A stretch of 60,506 nucleotides of DNA, counting the filler, from Squatina squatina (taxonomy: Eukaryota), in the NCBI GenBank assembly GCA_031763465.1. It is 3 parts of 3 records of this genome, joined end to end, with 100 filler letters (N's around TTAATTAATTAA, not from the genome) between each part and the next. Parts side by side here need not be neighbours in the genome. Positions count along the whole stretch, not along the records: positions 1 to 22,657 come from JARFOE010000233.1; positions 22,758 to 46,913 come from JARFOE010000046.1; 1 more part is not named here. One strand, 5' to 3'. Position numbers and translations under genes: made by a program. Below the pieces are notes generated by a model. The model had not been told where the DNA came from. It did no database searches and was given only the letters and a program-made list of their open reading frames with translations. Shown piece after piece: positions 12,248 to 23,550 of this stretch. Within the stretch, counting starts at the first letter, position 1. The number at the start of each line of letters is the position of its first letter.

Positions 12248-12939
12248 CTGTGAAATAAGAAAGAAAATTAAATATGAGGCATTGGCTCCTCTAATGGAAC
12301 GCCTTGAGTTATTTGTGGAAAACAAAATATCAAAAAAATTCAGCAGAAATTAAAACAGACAAATACAACAACAACTTGTATTTATATAGCGCCTTTAATG
12401 TAGTCAAATGTCCCAAGCGCTTCACAGGAGTATTATGTGATTAAAAAATTTAACACCAGAGAAANNNNNNNNNNNNNNNNNNNNNNNNNNNNNNNNNNNN
12501 NNNNNNNNNNNNNNNNNNNNNNNNNNNNNNNNNNNNNNNNNNNNNNNNNNNNNNNNNNNNNNNNGGTCTCTCTGTCTGCACCCACTTTAAAAGTGGTCAT
12601 TTAGTTTCTATTGCCTCTCCTCATACTTTCTACCAAAATGAATCACTTCACACTTTTCTGTGTTAAATTTCAGCTTGTCCAGAACTCCAATGCCACCTGG
12701 TCCATCATCTTCACCCATGCTGGCTGACACTAACTCCCTTAACTCCAATTTCATTGAATTTAAACCTCCTTGAGAAGCACAAAATTGAGCACAAAAAATG
12801 CATATTATCCCAGTAAGTGATGCCTGTGAACATATGCTTTTGGTTTGGTATCTGTTTGGACTGGGAACTGAAGAGGTGGCAATAATATATTAAGATCTCT
12901 TACCAGTCCTGATCCAATATTTTGCTTACATGCCTCGAG

Positions 12940-13090
12940 GATGATGGGCTGGTCGGGTTTAATGTGGATCAGAATGTTGACAGTGGAATTCTGGACAAGT
13001 TGAACTTTATGGAGGTAGGAGGTTAGTAGGCTGGTAAAGAAGACGCTGGAGTAATCGAGCTTATGAAAGCATTGCAATAAGCTTTAGTCA
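12940..13090 (-). mobile_element. L2 LINE ORF2 fragment
   Basis: KLDYSSVFFTSLLTSYLHKVQLVQNSTVNIL resembles L2 RLDYCNSLL.GLP...L..LQLVQN.AAR.L. Confidence 0.65.
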
Positions 13091-13347
13091 TTCTACCACC
13101 CAGAAGAGGCACACAATATGAATTTAACTGGTCACCAGCAAATTTATATTCGAAGATTTCAGTTTCAGTGTTCCCATTTTTATCTTTTTCTTTGTGCCAT
13201 GGATTGCATCATTTATAGGTCTATCAAATTAAAAGTTTATCCCAAATATAAAGAGAGCTTCGTAACCCACAAATAGGCAGTTCCACATATGGAGCATAAT
13301 ACACAAATTACTTCGATGCTAATTGAATTAGATTTGTAAAAACTTAC

Positions 13348-13502
13348 TATTTAGTAGAATCAGACAGTTGGTACTCTCTCCGTCTGTCATAGGATTCCTG
13401 GATACCTGGGTCAATCCATAAACATTTTATTGCATCCACATAGGGGTTTTCAAATGTTGTCACCTTTTCTACATCAATATCACGTACTAACTGTGCATGT
13501 GC
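13348..13502 (-). CDS. GNAQ: G protein alpha-q exon 3
   Basis: 155 bp, ccccacag|GCA CAT...AAA TA|gtaagt, translating [68 protein letters not shown] and SDSTK are GNAQ-diagnostic. Confidence 0.96.
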
Positions 13503-13689
13503 CTGTGGGGAAGAAAAAGAAATTTTTGATGTCAATTTAAGAAATTCTTTGGTCTTAAGGTTTTGCATGATACCTTTTCCATTGTAAATATTTCTAAATA
13601 TATGACCAAGCATGTATTACAAATGCTCTCAAATTCTTCTTGCATGACATGCCATTCCTGATGGTCAGGGTGGTTACAGGATCTGATCC

Positions 13690-14582
13690 CAGGCCCTCGT
13701 CAAACTGCACATTAGGAAATGCAGAGTTTTCAACCCTCCGAGAATGGCAGTTTCCCCAAAATCAGTGATTCCTATTAGGAGCGCTGCCTCTGGTAGCCCA
13801 CGATATCAGTGTTTTAAATTTCTGGCCGCAGTGTTCCCACAAGGTACTGTAAATAATTACTGGGCTGGATTTACTGGAGCAGGGCATCTCGCGGCATGCC
13901 CCGGTAGTTAGACTTGCCCCTGCACGCTTCAGATCAAAAGCTGCTCGTCCTGTTAATTGCTGGAAGTGCGAGCTGATAACGGCGTGGCAAGTGCAACGGG
14001 GCATCTGGGACCTTGGTTAACGATGGACTAAACAGTGTACCTCCTTAACAAATAAGATTCAAGGATTGAGAAATAAACAGAGGAAGGACTGAGAAGGAGG
14101 GTGAATTAGAGTCAAATCAGGTACAGAAAGAGAACCAGAGGGAAAGAAAGGTTGGATTAAGGGAGAAAAGGAGACAAAGGAAAAGTAAGAAACAAATTCT
14201 AAAAATGTAAAATTTGGCATTTTTACAATCTCCAACAATTCACTCCCTGAAGTAACAAGACTCCACACTTTTAATCGTTCACTTTCTGAGCCAGATTGAT
14301 TGGCAGTCATTCACAATTATCACTTACGCTAAAGGGTACTTACGCTATTCATTGCTAGATGAACTTTCTGTGGCGCGTTTAATGGGCAATTAATGTGCAA
14401 ATGCGACAATTACATGAAATTCACGGGGAGATTAAGGGCGAGATAATGTTTTCGCTAACGGCAGAGCGGCACAAATCGTCCAGCAACTTGTGGCAATTTG
14501 CAATTCAAGCTTATCTTCCTCACGACAAGATGCTGGACAATTTGCACATTAATAATGAATAATGGGGTGTGTTTTTTGCAAA
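13690..14582. mobile_element. Non-autonomous DNA-transposon-like interspersed repeat
   Basis: CpG-containing block with GC-rich ends and an A-rich core, similar in organisation to 18028-18710. Boundaries are approximate. Confidence 0.4.
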
Positions 14583-14717
14583 GTGGCTCAGTGGGTAGCA
14601 CCCTCGCCTTTGTGTCAGGAGGTTGTTGGTTCAAGTCCCAGTCCAGAGACTTGGCCACAAAAATCTAGGCTGCCACTCCACTGCAGTGCTGAGGGAATAC
14701 TGGAGTACTGCGCTGTT
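14583..14717 (+). mobile_element. tRNA-derived SINE (SacSINE1-like) 5' part, interrupted by a CR1 3' end
   Basis: A box gtggctcagtgg and B box ggttcaagtccc, followed by the body shared with 17061-17300. Confidence 0.7.
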
Positions 14718-14945
14718 CATAGAATCAAAGAATCATAGAATAGTTACAGCATGGAAGATGGTCATTCAGCCTATCGAGTCCATGCCGACTCTCAACTCGT
14801 CCCACTCCCCCGCCCTTTCCCCGTAGCCCCGCAATCTTTTTTCCTTCAGATACTTATGCAACTCCTTTTTGGAAAATAAAATGGAGTCTGCCTCCACCAC
14901 ACTTTCAGGCAAGGCATTCCAGATCTTAAACATTCACTGCATAAA
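14718..14945 (-). mobile_element. CR1 3' end
   Basis: catagaatcaaagaatcatagaat is the reverse complement of the (ATTCTATG)n CR1 tail; it is followed by 3'UTR and the ORF2 end. Confidence 0.8.
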
Positions 14946-15045
14946 NNNNNNNNNNNNNNNNNNNNNNNNNNNNNNNNNNNNNNNNNNNNNNNNNNNNNNN
15001 NNNNNNNNNNNNNNNNNNNNNNNNNNNNNNNNNNNNNNNNNNNNN

Positions 15046-15290
15046 TCTCAGAGGGTCGTGAATCTTTGGAATTCTTTACCCCAGAGAGCTGTGGAGGCTG
15101 AGTCATTGAATATATTCAAGGCGAAGATGGACAGATTTTTGAGCAACAGTGGAATCAAGAGGTATGGGGAACAGGCAGGAAAGTGGAGTTCAGGTCAGAA
15201 TCAGATCAGCCATAATCTCATTGAATGGCAGAGCAGGATCGAGGGGCCAAATGGCCTACTCCTGCTCCTATTTCTTATTTTCTTGTGTTC
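15046..15290 (+). mobile_element. CR1 ORF2 end and 3'UTR
   Basis: SQRVVNLWNSLPQRAVEAESLNIFKAKMDRFL, then aatggcctactcctgctcct. Confidence 0.85.
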
Positions 15291-16059
15291 TGCTGGAACT
15301 ATGGAAGTTGACCTCTATAAATTACAAGCTCCTTTTGAGCGTTAAACATACACAATGCAATTAATATGAATTGAGACCTAATTAGGTTATGTATTTTAGT
15401 ACTTCTCTTTTGTGAAGATCTATTTTTGAATATTCTTTAAATCCCATAGCACATTTTATAACCATATTGCTTTTCCCATTTGATGAACATAGCAGAACTG
15501 TGGCAAGTCTCATTTTCTGTAAATGAAGACTTGAGTTTTAAAATAGAATACAGAGAAAAAAAAGTTATGAACCCTGAAGCTCACTCAATAGAACAAAAGT
15601 CTTATAAAATCCTTCACAGCAATACTTTAAAGCATCTGCCCCTTATTTCACATAACCCATTGTTAATCCTGAATTAGCAATGTTTTCAATTTCAGTCCTT
15701 TAAATATATAAAACTCAAATCAAACAATAGTTAAATATCTTAGGCATAAGTGTCTGGACTGTCTTTGGTGACATTTAACCACATATCATTTGTACAATTC
15801 TTAAAAAAAGCCAACTTTAAAGAAATAATGAAAAAAGTAAAATGATTGTGAGGGGTCAAATAAAGTCTCTCTAACCACATGTTGCTTAACATCCAGAATA
15901 AATACGTACATCAAGTGCACACAGTANNNNNNNNNNNNNNNNNNNNNNNNNNNNNNNNNNNNNNNNNNNNNNNNNNNNNNNNNNNNNNNNNNNNNNNNNN
16001 NNNNNNNNNNNNNNNNNNNNNNNNNNCTAAAAACATTAAGAACTGTAAAATTCACTCTA

Positions 16060-16305
<246 letters not shown>

Positions 16306-17060
16306 TCAGCAAATCTTCCTAGGAATTAGAAGGTATTAAAAAAGGAATTAAACCAAATTAAATCACAGATTAAAGCCAATTACAAGAAAATAAGTAAAGA
16401 AAGCACGTGAACAAATAACATGGCCATTTGAAAAGTGTTTAAGACGACCTTGAGGTGCTGAATGACAGAGTCTGCCAAAAATCCTCTCCACAACATGAAT
16501 GTATACTGACAGTTTCATCATTTTCAAGTGTATCATATACACTCACTCACTGCAGTCACCATTGTTATGACAGCTGCTTTAAATGAATACATTTCTGAAG
16601 ACTCTAAATCTCGAACATACTTTCATTTTGGTATATAGTCACAAAATATTCATCAGGTTTGGATTCTGCACGCCTATCATGAAAGTATTACATTTCCGTG
16701 TTATAAAATTAAAAACCTTTTTACTGAGGAATTATAATCCTGAGACAAGCAATGCAATTTAGCTTTAATTGTCAACATTCTGTAATAATCATTCTGCATA
16801 GCTATTATATCCCATTACTGACTGAAAAGAATTGTAGTTGTTAATTCAATATTCTGAAGACAATTACCTGAAGTATTATGCACATATACTGCTGCATTGA
16901 ATTTCAACTCTTTAACCACAGAACACAACATTCATTTACAACTTTCGACAATGTTCCAAGAAAGACAAAGTTTGCAATTATTTTGCACTAAATGGATGGG
17001 AATAGATTTAATATCTTTATAGCTTCAATCTGTTCCGAGAATATTCCAAAAACTGTATCA

Positions 17061-17300
17061 GCTGTGGCTTATTGAGTAGCACTCTCACCTCTGAGTCGGA
17101 AGGTTATTGTTCAAGTCCCACTCCATGGATTTGAGCACAAAAACCTAGGCAGACACTCCAGTGCAGTGCTGAGGGAGTGCTGCATTGTCAGAGGTGCCGT
17201 CTTTCGGATGAGACGTTAAACCGAGGCCCCATCTGCCCTCTCAGTTGGACTTAAAAGATCCCATGGCACTATTTCGAAAAAGAGCAGGGGAGTTCTCCCC
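17061..17300 (+). mobile_element. Deu-domain SINE (SacSINE1-like)
   Basis: tRNA-like head, then ctttcggatgagacgttaaaccgaggcccc...aaagatcccatggcactatttcgaaaaagagcagggg (Deu core). Confidence 0.8.
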
Positions 17301-17578
17301 CATAAGAATTAGGAGCAGGAGTCGGCCATTCGGCCCCTCGAGCCTGCTCCGCCATTCAACAAGATCATGGCTGATGTTCTACCTCAACGCCATTTTCCTG
17401 TACTATCCCCATATCCCTCGATGCCTTTAATATTGAGAAATCTATCAATCTCTGTCATGACTTGAGCCTCCACAGCCCTCTGGGGTAGAGAATTCCACAG
17501 GTTCACCACCCTCTGAGTGAAGACATTTCTCCTCATCTCAGTCCTAAATGGCCGACCCCTTATTCTGAGACTGTGACC
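17301..17578 (-). mobile_element. CR1 3' end inserted into the SINE
   Basis: GHSLRIRGRPFRTEMRRNVFTQRVVNLWNSLPQRAVEA plus 3'UTR. Confidence 0.85.
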
Positions 17579-18027
17579 NNNNNNNNNNNNNNNNNNNNNN
17601 NNNNNNNNNNNNNNNNNNNNNNNNNNNNNNNNNNNNNNNNNNNNNNNNNNNNNNNNNNNNNNNNNNNNNNNNNNNNNNTTATAAATTCTCCCATTTCTGA
17701 CTGTAAGGGACCTAATCTTCATTAATCTTTTTCTTTTTACATACTTGTAGAAACTTTTACAGTCTGTTTTTATGTTTCTAACTAGTTTACTCTCATACTC
17801 TGTTTTCCCCTCTTAATCAATCTCTTGCTGAATGCGTACAATATTATGGTCCGTAATTTGCAGTCAGTGGCAAAGCAAAGGCGCTTGTCATTGGCCCCGA
17901 AGAAAGCTGCCCACAGAGATCTTGCAATCTCCCTGGTGGGAAGTTTTTTTTTTTCGATGTTCAATTAATTNNNNNNNNNNATCAGTAATAGTGATCATGG
18001 AGCTGTCAGTGTGCTGTAAAAACATCC

Positions 18028-18710
18028 TGGCCTGGAATTTGCAGTCAGCAGCGAAGCAAAAGCCCTCACCCCCAGCCCTGCGGCGAGAAGCTTGCCTTTT
18101 TCGACGTTCAATTGATTTCAGCACTCTGTAATGGAAATTCCTAGAGCAATGCTGCAGTGATGTCAACAAGCTGTCTAAGCAGCCAATCACATTGAAGAAT
18201 TCTCAGACAGGAAATTAGGAAATAAGAAACTGCTTTTATCCGGACTTTTTAAAGATGTTACAGAGAGCAATGAGAATAAGGTAGAAGCTGAAATATGATG
18301 AAAAAACCTTTTTTTTTAATGTTTAAAAAAATTATTATTTTTATGATAATGTAGAAATTTGACACTCCACGAATATAATAATTAGTTTTTCAGGGCCAGA
18401 ACAATTGTTTACTGGTCAATATGCTATTAAACCCCAGTTACACCTATTCCAATAAGGCTGAACATTTAGTGGGGTATTTAACAGCAATATTAGCGCAGAA
18501 AAGCCCAAGTTTCCTAAATTTCACTGATTTCACTGATTGCCGGATACTGGGGGTGTGGGGGCAGGGAGGGTGTGGTCTACAGTGTAGCCAGTGTCAGAGC
18601 AGTGAATGACTGACCACAACTTCAGGATTTCCACTTTTAAATGCATATACGCTAAATCCTGAAGTTGCGGTCGATTTCAGAGGGTTAATGACAGCGCAAA
18701 TTCCAGGCCA
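18028..18710. mobile_element. MITE / non-autonomous DNA transposon with 15-bp perfect TIRs
   Basis: tggcctggaatttgc (18028-18042) and gcaaattccaggcca (18696-18710). Confidence 0.75.
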
Positions 18711-18835
18711 AAGTCAATTGTACAACACATAATTATCCTAATTATCACTTTGGTGGTTCACAGTGCATCAATCTACTCAGGTTCTGACTGATCCCAAGGC
18801 CTTTGTATGTCAGGGGATTGTTTATATTACACTAA

Positions 18836-18975
18836 AGACATGAAGGGGTATGAGGAGAAAGCGGGAATATGGCATTGAGATAGAGGATCAACCATGATCA
18901 TATTGAATGGCGGAGCAGGCTTGAAGGGCCAAATGGCCTACTCCTGCTCCTATTTTCTATGTTCCTATGTTTCTG
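18836..18975 (+). mobile_element. CR1 3' end
   Basis: aaggggtatgaggagaaagcggg...aatggcctactcctgctcctattttctatgttcctatgtttct. Confidence 0.85.
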
Positions 18976-20033
18976 TATGTGACATGTTGACTCGGGACCA
19001 TATGGATAATGTTAGATCAGATATTGAAGATATCAGATTTGCCACTGCACCCTGGCACATATATCAGGCAGTTTAAAAAATTAGACCTCATTAATTTAAA
19101 GGAAGATAGACAAGAACTTTTATTAACCCAACCTATGACGGGAGATTGCTGAAGATACACTCAAATTCTTGATGGTAGTGTCACAAGAGCGTGATAATGG
19201 TACTTATACAGTGGGGGACAAATTTGAATCTCTGGGAGTTGAGAAAGATGGATCAGTGTACCAGCTAGGATTGCAAGGGTATACGGTTCCAGGCTCGGAT
19301 GGTACGGGTACCCATGTGAGAGTGTTGCACCGAATCGCAGCACTACATCGTTTGCACCTGCAACACCCTAAAACTCATCAATAATGACTCTACCCTAGTA
19401 CTATCAGTCAGGCCCCTTGAGAAAGCCTTCAAGGCGGTCCAAGTCTCCCTGACCCAGTGGTGCTTTTTGACAAATAGAACAGGCTTCCTCTATGACGGAT
19501 GGGCGTGCCGCAACAACCACACCTTCTGCTTACAGATCACCGACTCCTTCACTGTAGGAGACTTCCACCTTGCAGGCAGGGCCCTCACCGGCTATCTGTT
19601 TAGCCCGTGGTGGAATGGTACGTTAAATGAAGATGACACCCCAGGGAAGGTGGCCCAGGCGGCCGTGTTGAGGGCCCTCACCACCATTAAGAGGTTTATT
19701 GAGCAGAGCAATCAAGCAATAACGAGGGGAAGGGTGCAGGTGGACCTGACCAAAGGTGTGGCCAATGCACTAAAGGACAACGATAGCAACCGAGCCAAAG
19801 TGGCAAGAATGCAGCATAACTGCTGGGAAGTAGGAATGATGGCAGCGGCCGCCGCATCTATAGTGGCCCTGTTGGTCAGTCTCTGTACTTGTTGCTACCA
19901 GAGGCTGACAGTATCTCAGGTGGTGCAGATAGTGATGGTGGCAAACAAAGGGGATGCTCTGGTATCCACAGTGGTCAAAACACTCCCAGAGGATGGGAAA
20001 TTGGGGAACATGTATGAGACTTTTGCCATTTAA
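18976..20033 (+). pseudogene. Decayed envelope/fusion-glycoprotein-like gene of an endogenous LTR element
   Basis: The 5' part is stop- and frameshift-broken. A 237-codon open frame follows at 19320-20033, with a Cys-rich region (ECCTESQHYIVCTCNTL...QWCFLTN...WACRNNHTFCL), N-glycosylation sequons (NDS, NRT, NHT, NGT), a heptad helix, a TM segment (VGMMAAAAASIVALLVSL), CTCC and a cytoplasmic tail. Confidence 0.65.
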
Positions 20034-20208
20034 AAGGTGGCTGTTCCAGGCTCAGCCTAGGTCATTAAGACTTCAGTAAAGCTGTAAGAGAATGTTAGAA
20101 TGCATAGATTCGAAGCTCACTGGACTCCAGTAGGATTCCTGGAGAAGCGATCAAATAGAGAATCTTGGGGTTGTCCCGCCTGTGTCAGGTTGGTCTGACC
20201 AGGGGTAC

Positions 20209-20278
20209 AAAAGGAGGGACTGAAATGGGACATGAAGGACTAAAGATTAAGGAGCAGCCAATTCAATACTTACCAGCA
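20209..20278 (+). mobile_element. Polypurine tract and start of a 3' LTR
   Basis: aaaaggaggga-c followed by TG (20221), 187 nt after the env-like stop. The LTR appears truncated by another repeat. Confidence 0.55.
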
Positions 20279-20934
20279 GGGGTCTTTTATTGTTAAAATG
20301 GCATTTGACCCCGAACGCCGTTTTTTGCTGGTAAGTGCTGCGCAGGGCAATTCGTCGGGGCCCAGCGTGCCATACAAAATGGCACTGCCCATGCAGCGCC
20401 AGAAGCTCAGCGTATGGCATTAGGTCAAAATGGCCGGCAGGGTGTCATCGGTTATGTCTGCCAAGCAGAGCAGTCGACAAGTCAAACCCTCCTACCCCAC
20501 CAACGCACCATGATTTTACTGACCTAAGCATTGCTTGTGTCTCCAGAATGAACCCCTTTAAGGTCTGAGGTGGCCTGACACTTGATGGCAGCTCCTTAGA
20601 TCCGTCCCACAATTCACCTGCTGAAATAAACTAAGATAATCAGTGCCAGGTAAGTGCTCTTTAGCACTGAAATAACCATGCTTTTTAAAGCTGTCTGAAA
20701 TTTTTTTTTCAAAGTGTCAAATTGCAGGCCTCAAAGTGAGTGTTCAAGGACCTGAACTTTGCGCTCACCAATTTGTCCCTTAGCACCAGAAACTCAGGGC
20801 AACCTAATTGGCCGCCCTTACTGTTGCTATTTGCATCTTGTCTTCATTAAAGCATTCTAATGTAGGTGACTGTTTGTCTCCAGGTACTGTAAGAGCATTA
20901 TACAGCTCCATATGAAGTATGTCAGGCACTGAGA

Positions 20935-21036
20935 GGCCCTGAAATCCAGCACTGTAATTTTAGGAGGTGGAAACCCAAGGGAAACGGTTTGCTGCCAAAG
21001 TTACAGTGGGGCCAAGCCCCATGGAATTTTAGGGCC
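20935..21036. mobile_element. 102-bp palindromic Tourist/Harbinger-type MITE
   Basis: Imperfect TIRs ggccctgaaatcc / ggaattttagggcc, inner inverted repeat cactgtaattt / aagttacagtg, and a 3-bp direct repeat AGA on both flanks. Confidence 0.65.
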
Positions 21037-21399
21037 AGAATTTTGATTAACAAGCTCTTTGTCGGATCAAGTTAATGACAAGTGGCATTTATATTCAAGN
21101 NNNNNNNNNNNNNNNNNNNNNNNNNNNNNNNNNNNNNNNNNNNNNNNNNNNNNNNNNNNNNNNNNNNNNNNNNNNNNNNNNNNNNNNNNNNNNNNNNNNT
21201 GCCAGGTATTCATATTTTTCCTCTCCAATTTAACTAACCTGCTTTAATTATTTTCATCGTCTCTGGGTCTCTTATTTCTCTAATACTCTCATCATGCTTC
21301 CTTTAATCTCCTGCTATTATCACTTGTGTCAGTTAACAATTTCCTGTTCTTCACCGGACCACTTCCAGTTCATTTTTTTGCCACCTACGTTTACCCTCT

Positions 21400-21585
21400 T
21401 GCCTTTCCCTCGCTCGGTTCCTTCTTATAAACTGTTCATCTGTACTATTTTCTGGTTGACAAAAAGCAATGCCTAAAATGTTGAAATGTTCATTCCACAG
21501 ATGCTGTGCCTGACTTGCTGTGCGTTGCCAGCTTCTGGTACTCTTGTTTCAGATTTCCAGCTTCTGTGGTATTTTGCTTTTACGT
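21400..21585 (+). mobile_element. Penelope-like element terminal repeat fragment
   Basis: ccacagatgctgtgcctgacttgctg...ttcagatttccagc...tattttgctttt; an inverted relative lies at 29075-29155. Confidence 0.55.
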
Positions 21586-22657
21586 TTTAAATTGCACAGC
21601 CTTTGTTTCTCCTCTTGTACATCAAATCCAGAGATATGTGTGCGCGCTGAATCTGCAATGGTGGCATGGTAGATACAGCACACATTATGAATGCTGACAT
21701 CATTGATGCAATCTGATCGTTCTAAGAAAATAACTGGAAATTTGTGTGATTTTCCACTCCAAATTAGGAAGGAAATCATTTGAGATCAATTTAACACCCC
21801 ACCACCCACCCCATAAATCCAGGAATTTATAGGTAAATTAAAATATGGTATAAACTGATTTTAAAAGGTCCCTTTCATGAACTATAGAAAATAACATTTG
21901 CCAGTATTGGATGTCATCTCTATTTTGAGTCAGAGATCCATTTCGAGTACAGTTTTCATCTTTCTGTCACTGTAAAAACCATCTATTTCTAAAGAAAATG
22001 AAAGTTCGTCACTAATTGATGTCTGCATTGGGTTCCAAAGAGTTAGTAAATCCAGAATCACTGACAGGTAAGTGCTGGTGCAGAGTTACACTTCTGTAAA
22101 TGTGTGCCATAAGATTCCATGTACACTAATGGGAGATAACTGTGCGTGTTCAGCTGCTGTGACATTGTGGCATTACTCGTGTCCTTGTTGTGCAGCTGTG
22201 TGGTTCAGCTATTTGAATTACACATTTGTTGCAGTATACTCACAACAGACCTTGAAGTGAAGTGATGCAAAGTGGAGTCATGTGGAGCGATTATATTTCA
22301 CGTTGTGTTTCCAGATCTGTCAACTAACACAATCTGGCAGTAAAAGCTTGTAAGATCTGGCAACAAACCAAGACAATGAGCAATATTGCTGGCTGTAAAA
22401 TACATGTCCTAGTATGGATGTAAACTACAATTTAAGTCACAAAGTCTTCATGTTTTTGTGCTGTAACTTCCATGGTACCCTAAAATTAGCTGACTACCTG
22501 CCTCACTGGTGTCACCTGCTCTCTGCATGTTGGACAGCACCAGCTGAATCTTCGTCCTAGTCGGATCTGGTATACTTGACTGCCATCCATTGTCCTGTAC
22601 AACTGGTCTGGTCGACTCCATTGCTGTCCTTGCAGCCACGATTGATCTACTCCATCA

Positions 22658-22757
22658 NNNNNNNNNNNNNNNNNNNNNNNNNNNNNNNNNNNNNNNNNNN
22701 NTTAATTAATTAANNNNNNNNNNNNNNNNNNNNNNNNNNNNNNNNNNNNNNNNNNNN
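22658..22757. other. Artificial scaffold linker
   Basis: 44 N + TTAATTAATTAA (stops in all six frames) + 44 N = exactly 100 nt. Confidence 0.95.
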
Positions 22758-23149
22758 CTCAAACAACTTATTCAATCTGGCGTTAAAAACATCACAAGCT
22801 GACATGCTGTCGATTCAGACTCCTGCAGGGCCTCACAGCTACAGAGTGACTCGTTTCCAGAGAGAGTGTTGTTTTGGAATGTGGAGCACAATATTATCAG
22901 CAAGTCTGTCAATGGCCACAGCTGTCCCAGGATCCGGACACCTGTCTCCAGCAGGCTCGGAATTTAAAATGAGAAATCACGCACCCTTTCCTAAAGGGAC
23001 AGTGTTGGTCAGGATAGCCTGTGTGTAAAAAAAAAAGCCCAGTTCCCAGAAGTCTTCTCGGAGAAAACGAAGCTTCAATGACTACCCGGCTTGGCTATGG
23101 GGTCGTTAACCACACTGGATAGATGGAACAGATATATATAGATATCGAA

Positions 23150-23181
23150 AGAGATAGAGATAGAGATAGAGATAGAGATAG
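23150..23181 (+). repeat. (AGATAG)n microsatellite
   Basis: About five perfect AGATAG units. Confidence 0.85.
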
Positions 23182-23387
23182 AAAAAATGATACTGACTAG
23201 TGCCAAGGGCACCAGTAGTGTGCCACATCTTGCTCGAGCGACCAATCATGTTTTGGCCTAGATGATGAGATTTGGCAGGACATTCAANNNNNNNNNNNNN
23301 NNNNNNNNNNNNNNNNNNNNNNNNNNNNNNNNNNNNNNNNNNNNNNNNNNNNNNNNNNNNNNNNNNNNNNNNNNNNNNNNNNNNNNN

Positions 23388-23550
23388 CCTCAGTGTCACA
23401 CACACTCTCACATACCCCACAGCCCTCAGTGTCACACAATCTCTCAACATACCCCACAGCTTTCAGTGTCACACAATCTCTCATACCCCACAGCTTTCAG
23501 TGTGACACATTCTCTCACATACCCCACAGCCCTGTGTGACACTCTCTCGT
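23388..23550 (+). repeat. ~35-bp minisatellite
   Basis: About 4.5 copies of cagtgtcacacaatctctcacataccccacagc(cc/tt)t, running into a gap. Confidence 0.85.

Noticed and set aside
21450-21490. Hammerhead ribozyme in the Penelope terminal repeat
   Set aside because: The CTGANGA...GAAA core is not intact here, and the copy at 29075-29155 is cut by a gap.
22702-22713. TTAATTAATTAA as a biological palindrome or homeodomain site
   Set aside because: It is centred in exactly 44+44 Ns and repeated at 46958-46969, so it is a synthetic six-frame stop spacer.
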